Shown here piece after piece: positions 58,575 to 64,000 of a stretch of 64,000 nt of DNA. Below the pieces are notes generated by a model. The model saw nothing but the letters and a program-made list of their open reading frames with translations, was not told the origin of the DNA and searched no databases. A program made the translations under genes and the position numbers. Every line of letters begins with the position of its first letter. Position 1 is the stretch's first letter. Origin of the DNA: an uncultured virus (IMG/VR IMGVR_UViG_3300031539_000003). Lineage: Duplodnaviria > Heunggongvirae > Uroviricota > Caudoviricetes. The DNA lies in IMG/VR virus record IMGVR_UViG_3300031539_000003. The stretch is one strand, 5' to 3'.

Positions 58575-59921
58575 ACCAGTAACCTCCTCACTTCTTTTAT
58601 TAAGTTTAATTATGCTTTCCTCCTGTAAGCTTAACATTTCGTCAAGAGTAGGTAATACTCGTTGATTTTCAGATTCTATTTCAATGCCAACAGTCAAACA
58701 ACTTTTTGACGCTGCCAACAATTCTCTTGCCTGACTTGGGTCTATCTGTTCCAAAACTCTTGCCCATCTTGCTGCTGGAACATTAATAAATGATAACTCT
58801 TCAAATACTATTTCGGTAGCAGTCTTAATACAGATAACTCTACCATGCTCTTCGGTATCATATTCAATTCCGCGAATATGATAACATCCCTCATTTATAG
58901 TCAAACCACATATGTTACAACGGGCTTTCATTGTAGCCCCGATAGATACAAACTTGTATCTACCTTCTTTTACCTCTTTTATCCCTCTTGCTCTCGTTAT
59001 TTTAACGATAAACTCAAGGTAAAATTTCTGATGTTCAGGATCAAACTTAATACTGGCTTTAAGTACTTCACCAAGAGATCTCTCAGGGTCGTCCCACTTA
59101 TGCCCTTCAATTACCATACGCCCTACAAATGTGTGCGCAGCTTTTTCAAGTTCACCTTTGGTAATCTCTGTAAAATTCCAAGTCCCTTCATGCATAGCAT
59201 TAACACGTAAATATAACCCACCATCAGCTTCTTCCAAATCTTCCATCTGATCATTATCAAGGTGTTTCTTATACTCCTGATCATCATTATTGCCACTTTT
59301 GCGATCTTCAATTGTAACGGAAGGTTCGAATTCAGACTGATTAAGAATTACTCTCATTGACCCAACATCAACTACAAGATCATTCTGTAAACTACCTGAA
59401 TCAACAATAGGGGCATTCTTTCCCATTGTTTCTGATTCTATCTCTTTTACTAATTCACGCTTTTGGTTTGTAATAATTATGATTTTAGTAGGTTTCACAG
59501 TTTCCTCTCCCGTAGATGGGGCATAGTCTTTAAATAAACTCTGTGGCAAAGCATCATCTAATGTATCCTTAATCATGTGCCCCCATCCATTGCTAACCAA
59601 TTTCGCGACAATTCTCGTATGTTCTCTGCTAATCTGTAATCTCGTCCATTTAGTTTTCTCTGGAAGATGCCACCACATATGCATCAAGGCGTGTGCATAA
59701 ATCGTTTGATTCCTATTAGAATAGGCTAATTTTGCATCAGAATCAGAAACACTACCATCTTTAACTACAACAGTAACGGCCTCATTATTATCTGATCCAT
59801 CCGACTTAATAGAATCTTCACATATCTTATCTGCTATTTCAACTAAATCCTTATCAGCAGTGACCTTATCAAGAAACTCATCGTAATTCAATTCAGTTAA
59901 ATCTTTCTTTTCACTTGCCAT
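56877..59921 (-). CDS. Prohead protease fused to scaffold protein
   Basis: IEGHKWD, RYKFVSIG, CNICG...CYH, FEELSFINVPA protease motifs, then an acidic disordered region and C-terminal coiled coil. Confidence 0.85.
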   Translation of the reverse strand: MASEKKDLTELNYDEFLDKVTADKDLVEIADKICEDSIKSDGSDNNEAVTVVVKDGSVSDSDAKLAYSNRNQTIYAHALMHMWWHLPEKTKWTRLQISREHTRIVAKLVSNGWGHMIKDTLDDALPQSLFKDYAPSTGEETVKPTKIIIITNQKRELVKEIESETMGKNAPIVDSGSLQNDLVVDVGSMRVILNQSEFEPSVTIEDRKSGNNDDQEYKKHLDNDQMEDLEEADGGLYLRVNAMHEGTWNFTEITKGELEKAAHTFVGRMVIEGHKWDDPERSLGEVLKASIKFDPEHQKFYLEFIVKITRARGIKEVKEGRYKFVSIGATMKARCNICGLTINEGCYHIRGIEYDTEEHGRVICIKTATEIVFEELSFINVPAARWARVLEQIDPSQARELLAASKSCLTVGIEIESENQRVLPTLDEMLSLQEESIIKLNKRSEEVTGMADNKEKKNQDGKETFVTPPGSDVTGAQPASTPQNTTNKPAVTTPPPKKSKSKGNVSDVPAPKNPVSGGQVDTGMNVGGGTSSTPAPKPSPSKGNVSKVPATKHPKDGGTVDTGDESNKSPVKGPSDNPVINSDEVTADDSQITLTNDQIDAMDIGAIYEYAKNNEMTDMIEALVAANVEGECENSVINVSSADEAILAHALLHRWEEDLTLTNWNEEQVKAEHDRIVSVLDGMGIGHEDAEAETSEESNSEEVTDEAANTEAVNDDAASTDEGADEGADEGADEGADEGDATENADEADGATDDAGAEDAGTEENADADSTETAEEDAGNSEENNTEDAADANADSVTANPDMELLTIQLENSQTENTVLQDKCDATMVELAEAKGNLSKELYDVKLALAKSIRENKKLATEVETMNRSLATKTSELEALNSELEKYVEKDLKEVVDGIVQIKTDLNKYENDDAVNADREKYSSMSLDVLQTLFGELKAIKDNSLKNKVAIEHGIGDGTNESDNAETVSGDSEIEKYGQKKDDENNGKEQRTFEVAENSVLALVKDSLFQNNDS
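57706..57761. repeat. 12-bp tandem repeat (CCTTCGTCAGCA x4 + partial) encoding (DEGA)n
   Basis: Read directly from the sequence. Confidence 0.95.
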
Positions 59922-60000
59922 AAAAACTCACCTATTCATACTTACAATTTTTTTGAAATTTTATAACAAAAGAACCAACATTTATCAAATAACACTTAAT

Positions 60001-60042
60001 TAATTTATTAATCATCAAAAAAATATCGGTTTTTTTTGATGA
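60001..60042 (-). promoter_or_regulatory. Putative late promoter motif overlapped by a 12-bp inverted repeat
   Basis: Minus strand CGATATTTTTTTGATGATTAATAAATTA (60028..60001); TCATCAAAAAAA/TTTTTTTGATGA arms at 60012..60023 and 60031..60042. Confidence 0.55.
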
Positions 60043-60088
60043 ATTTTAAAAAAAGATGTTTTTTTATTGAAAGAAAAATAGGAAAGAG

Positions 60089-60367
60089 TTAAGCAAGTTC
60101 GTATATATCACTTTTAAAATTAAAATTATCATCATTCTCAATGTACTCAATCTGGAATAAAAACCTTTGATTAAGCCGTTGAAACTCTAATTTCTTACTC
60201 TTTTTTTCCCTTGCGCATTCTGCAGTCATATTATCAATAACTTCATCCCATTGGCAAAAAGCAAGATAATCATAAGCGTTTTCAGCAGTTAATTCTTTTA
60301 AATGCTTAATCCTTAAGCATGATCCAAAATCTGTCAACAATGCTTTCCAACTAAATAATAATTTCAC
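60089..60367 (-). CDS. Hypothetical protein
   Basis: 92-aa ORF tightly packed in the operon. Confidence 0.6.
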   Translation of the reverse strand: MKLLFSWKALLTDFGSCLRIKHLKELTAENAYDYLAFCQWDEVIDNMTAECAREKKSKKLEFQRLNQRFLFQIEYIENDDNFNFKSDIYELA

Positions 60368-60370
60368 AAT

Positions 60371-61015
60371 TTACTCCGGCAAAAAATACTTCTTCTGTAA
60401 TTGGTCAACCTGATACATAGTCATCTTACCACTTTTCACATTATCTCTCCACCTTTGAGAAACTGCGGCTCTTAATAAAGAATTCTCCTTAAATACAAAT
60501 TGGGCATCTCTTGTTAAAGCATCCCCATTTTTTATCCCCCCTTTTTCAAGTCGCCCAACAACATTCTCATCCATCTGTTTAGCCCAGGGCTTTAATGCTC
60601 CAGTTGCTACCAACGCATACCCCAATGCTCTATCATTTATAACTTTTTTATTATCAATAGGAGTCCTTTTTATATTATCATAAATCTCACTCCTAGTTTT
60701 ACCAATTCTAGCAGAAGGTATATCTCTAAAATCTTTCCCTGTCATTCTCTCAAAAAACTTATGGTCATTATCAAACATATTCATCATGCTAACTTCTTGA
60801 CCACCAAGCTGACCGGTAAAAGATGCCGTCCCATCATCCTTGACTCTTAACAATGGCCCCTGCAACCCCATAGCCCTAAAATCTACAGCACTTTCTCCCA
60901 TAGGAGAATAAATACCCCTACCAGATAAAGCAACCGCCTCCCAATCTTTTTGATTCAAATAGACTGAATTCCTGCCAAGTAACTGACCGACTCTATCTGC
61001 CGAACCTGTTCCCAT
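60371..61015 (-). CDS. Hypothetical protein
   Basis: 214-aa ORF coupled to the upstream gene (1-nt gap). Confidence 0.7.
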   Translation of the reverse strand: MGTGSADRVGQLLGRNSVYLNQKDWEAVALSGRGIYSPMGESAVDFRAMGLQGPLLRVKDDGTASFTGQLGGQEVSMMNMFDNDHKFFERMTGKDFRDIPSARIGKTRSEIYDNIKRTPIDNKKVINDRALGYALVATGALKPWAKQMDENVVGRLEKGGIKNGDALTRDAQFVFKENSLLRAAVSQRWRDNVKSGKMTMYQVDQLQKKYFLPE

Positions 61016-61016
61016 T

Positions 61017-61841
61017 TTATTTTACTACTATCGTGAGGGTGCATTTGCAGTTTGGATGTAAGAATCTTTCTGCTTGCTCTAATGTGACTTCTGTACCATC
61101 AATTGACTGACATCTTTCACAAGGTTTAACACTAGTGGTCTCCCAAAGCCACTTCTGTACTTTTAACCCATTTTTCTTTGTCGCCTTAACAATTCCATGT
61201 ATAGCCCCAGCCCTAAATGATAATCTAAACGGTTCTACAGCAATATATCCCATCCTATATTCCATAGCATCTACTGCTGCAAATAATGCTACACCAAGAG
61301 CTATCCATGTCCAATTTATTCCATTTTCTTCTTTCTCTTCGTGCTGATCTACAATCTTGTCAATACGATCAGCCATATCAGTAACAAATCTATCAACGTC
61401 AGACCGAAACTCATCCTTTACCTTACTTATTGCCGCAATATCAGTCCTGTCTTCATTTGTTAATTTAACACCAATCTTATTTTCTGGAATATCATATCCA
61501 GATTTATACGCCTTCTCCATATTTGAATATTGTGCTTGTTCAAATAACTGATTACGCATAGCAAGAATAGCAAGGGCAATCCCCTCCTTATTATCCCCAC
61601 TCATCACTTTCTTTCTATTCCCTTTATTGTATTCTCTCTCAGAGAGATTCAGGACTGTACGTAATTCTTTTTTTAAATTTGAATAATATTTAGTATAAAA
61701 AGATTTACGCCTATCGGAATGTTTTTTAAATTCATCTGTATAATTAAAACTATCGAAATGAATTTTTTGCTCTTTGGCAGGTTTTTTCTGAAAAGTACTG
61801 CCACTCTCTTTATTAAAAAACTTCGTAATATCTGTTACCAT
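61017..61841 (-). CDS. Minor head morphogenesis protein (Mu gpF / SPP1 gp7-like)
   Basis: KWLWETTSVKPCERCQSIDG...HPNCKC; directly downstream of the portal. Confidence 0.85.
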   Translation of the reverse strand: MVTDITKFFNKESGSTFQKKPAKEQKIHFDSFNYTDEFKKHSDRRKSFYTKYYSNLKKELRTVLNLSEREYNKGNRKKVMSGDNKEGIALAILAMRNQLFEQAQYSNMEKAYKSGYDIPENKIGVKLTNEDRTDIAAISKVKDEFRSDVDRFVTDMADRIDKIVDQHEEKEENGINWTWIALGVALFAAVDAMEYRMGYIAVEPFRLSFRAGAIHGIVKATKKNGLKVQKWLWETTSVKPCERCQSIDGTEVTLEQAERFLHPNCKCTLTIVVK

Positions 61842-64000
61842 TATTCAAATTTTCCTATAACATTTCTACTGAAAGTAGCGCAACTCTTTGAAACAAGATA
61901 TTCGTATTGGTCAAAATCACTATCTTGATTATATAAATCTAAGCACGCATCAATATCATTACAAAAACTTTCTAATTGACCATTCAGTGAAGATGGATCA
62001 GGCATACTTGATATTGACCCAACAACAATACGGCTAATTTTATGGAAATTAAAATTACACCCCATTATCTGATTTCTTAACTCATCTGCAAACTCAATTG
62101 ACTGCTGAATCCTTTCAGTAGTTTTTTCAACGCTAGTACCATCCGGTCTTATCACCCTCTCTTTTATCCTATCAGTAATTTTAGATGGCTTCTCAACCTT
62201 CGTTATATCAGCAATCCTATCTCCCAATTCAGGAACACTACCTTCTTCATCTTCTCTCGGAGGTAATTCAACCGTCTTACCTTCTTCACCTTCTCCCTCA
62301 GGAGGATTTAGAGCAGGTTTAGATTTCCTCATTAATCTATTCTTCTGTCTGACATTCATATATCTGAAAGCACCATAAGTATCCAACAAATTAATAGCAT
62401 CTTCCCTGTCAATCATCCCTTCCTTAAACCACTCCGTTATTTCTTTACGAACTGACTGTTCTGCACCTCTATCTATATCCTTATAATTCCATGTAACATC
62501 ACTAGCTATACCCTCGAAAAGCAATACTAATTTACTAAACCTTTCGAGCGGAATATATAACTGATTAATAAAAGAATAAACATTATGATTGAAAGCATCA
62601 CTTTGGACAATAGCGGTATTACCTTGAATTGCAACTTTTCCATTGCGCCTTGTAAGAAATAAATGATTGGGAACATTAAAACAATACACCTTACCTTTAT
62701 AATGTTCTCTAAATATTTTATCTTTTCCAATTGTAACAATATTCCTATGAGATATTAACACCCTAAAACATCTGGTGCCATTTATAATCATCGAATTATA
62801 TCCCAGTTTAATTGCAATCTCCTGAACATTACCAGCTAATTCACGAGATGCAGTATAATAACACATTGATTTTCTATTAATCCTCTTATCATAACTACCA
62901 TCTCCATCCATCAATGCATCAAATAGTATCTGTAGCTGTCGCTTCGGTAAACTACGGAACTCTAACGGAATTCTCTTATCATGTGAATTATTACCAGTAT
63001 TCTCCATCAAGTAGGTATGCAATGATTTATCATATATATACCATATTAGAGCATCTTTATCTTGACCATGAGGTTTCTCTATAACTTTAAACTCGGTAAT
63101 AGAATCCATAAAATCTTTAATTTTATCTCTTACATAATCTTTCCTTTGCGAAATATGTAACCCATATTGATTTTTAACACTAGGGCAACAAATAACACAT
63201 CCCTCAGACAAAATATAGCCCAATAATTTCAGCCATTTATCCATTGGGATATTTCTATCTCCAACATTCTTCTTCTTAAAAGAATTCTCATATTTAACTT
63301 GTTTCAAAGTAAAATATCCACATTCCTTACCATCCCAATCAACAGCATGTTCAAATGCCGTCCTTCCCCAATTTATTTCCTCTGCCTTAACAATACCAAA
63401 TTTTTCCCGTCTAAATTCCTTACAATACATTCTATGGTCTGGCGTTACTAAAATGTCTATTGTTCGATTATTAAAATGAATCATCTCCCCATTGTAATCA
63501 TATAAATAAATATCTCCGATAGGTTTCTCAAACTCCAATTTACCGTTAATAGAATTATATGTTCCGATTAAATCATTCTTATCAACATCCCAATAATATT
63601 TCCATCCATTTTGCGTTAATGTTTCCGTATCGCTTGAATAACACGCTTTATTTGTTTTGCTCCCTTCAATAAGCATATTCATCGGAACACCAACATCCAT
63701 AAAAATGTTCTCCTGATAATGCTTCATCAAAGCCCTTAAATCCTGAGATGCATTACCAACAGTACTCTGACTCATTTTTACTTCAGAAGGTACTACTAAA
63801 TCTCCAAATCTTTCCTGTTCAGCTAATTTAGACTCAACTTCAAGAATAACATCATTACTAGGACAAGCAAACATTCTAAAAGGATAAATGTCATGTTTGA
63901 TAAGTTGTAACTGTAAATCTTCTACCATTCTCAACGCAGCAATATCATCTATAGCTCCCTCTATAAGCCCGATACCAAAACTATCACCAGGAAGAGCATC
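61841..64000 (-). CDS. Portal protein, 5'-partial, containing an intein
   Basis: Frame open to the window edge (DALPGDSFGIGLIEGAIDD...). Portal-like IFMDVGVPMNML, spliced junction TNKA|TAIVQSDAF, and EGMIDREDA. Confidence 0.8.
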   Translation of the reverse strand, partial: DALPGDSFGIGLIEGAIDDIAALRMVEDLQLQLIKHDIYPFRMFACPSNDVILEVESKLAEQERFGDLVVPSEVKMSQSTVGNASQDLRALMKHYQENIFMDVGVPMNMLIEGSKTNKACYSSDTETLTQNGWKYYWDVDKNDLIGTYNSINGKLEFEKPIGDIYLYDYNGEMIHFNNRTIDILVTPDHRMYCKEFRREKFGIVKAEEINWGRTAFEHAVDWDGKECGYFTLKQVKYENSFKKKNVGDRNIPMDKWLKLLGYILSEGCVICCPSVKNQYGLHISQRKDYVRDKIKDFMDSITEFKVIEKPHGQDKDALIWYIYDKSLHTYLMENTGNNSHDKRIPLEFRSLPKRQLQILFDALMDGDGSYDKRINRKSMCYYTASRELAGNVQEIAIKLGYNSMIINGTRCFRVLISHRNIVTIGKDKIFREHYKGKVYCFNVPNHLFLTRRNGKVAIQGNTAIVQSDAFNHNVYSFINQLYIPLERFSKLVLLFEGIASDVTWNYKDIDRGAEQSVRKEITEWFKEGMIDREDAINLLDTYGAFRYMNVRQKNRLMRKSKPALNPPEGEGEEGKTVELPPREDEEGSVPELGDRIADITKVEKPSKITDRIKERVIRPDGTSVEKTTERIQQSIEFADELRNQIMGCNFNFHKISRIVVGSISSMPDPSSLNGQLESFCNDIDACLDLYNQDSDFDQYEYLVSKSCATFSRNVIGKFE
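62618..63643 (-). mobile_element. Intein (342 aa) with LAGLIDADG homing endonuclease
   Basis: Starts CYSSDTETLTQNGWK; block B VTPDHRMY; LLGYILSEG and LFDALMDGDGS; ends YKGKVYCFNVPNHLFLTRRNGKVAIQGN followed by Thr. Confidence 0.92.

Noticed and set aside
868..61928. Remaining short plus-strand and nested minus-strand ORFs in the track
   Set aside because: All overlap longer, motif-supported minus-strand genes and lack independent coding evidence.

Overview
This 64 kb window is the virion morphogenesis region of a large, AT-rich tailed dsDNA virus (Caudoviricetes) with a contractile myovirus-type tail. Every credible gene is on the minus strand. In transcription order (right to left) it encodes: an intein-containing portal (5' end outside the window), a Mu gpF-like head protein, a 1014-aa prohead protease/scaffold, a head decoration protein, an HK97-type major capsid protein, neck proteins, sheath, tube, a tail-assembly chaperone pair joined by a clear -1 frameshift signal, a TP901-type tape measure, and enlarged tail-initiator, hub, spike and baseplate proteins. 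A decayed HNH gene and several very large fibre/adhesin proteins (beta-helix, CBM-like, Gly-rich) are also present. An accessory cluster follows: a second head-decoration paralogue with a Ser-rich tail, a two-domain GT4 glycosyltransferase, an HExxH metallopeptidase-like protein, a degenerate subtilase, a membrane protein and an actin-fold ATPase. The most notable inferred features are: (1) a candidate virion O-glycosylation system, with (Ser-Ser-X)n tracts in three structural proteins beside the glycosyltransferase and a SAM methyltransferase among the tail genes; (2) an actin-like ATPase next to a membrane-anchored protein; (3) a fixed-spacing 28-bp bipartite promoter-like motif in five intergenic regions. 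GGAGG ribosome-binding sites and hairpin+U terminators point to a bacterial host, but the host cannot be identified. All product calls come from motif recognition and gene order, not from database searches.
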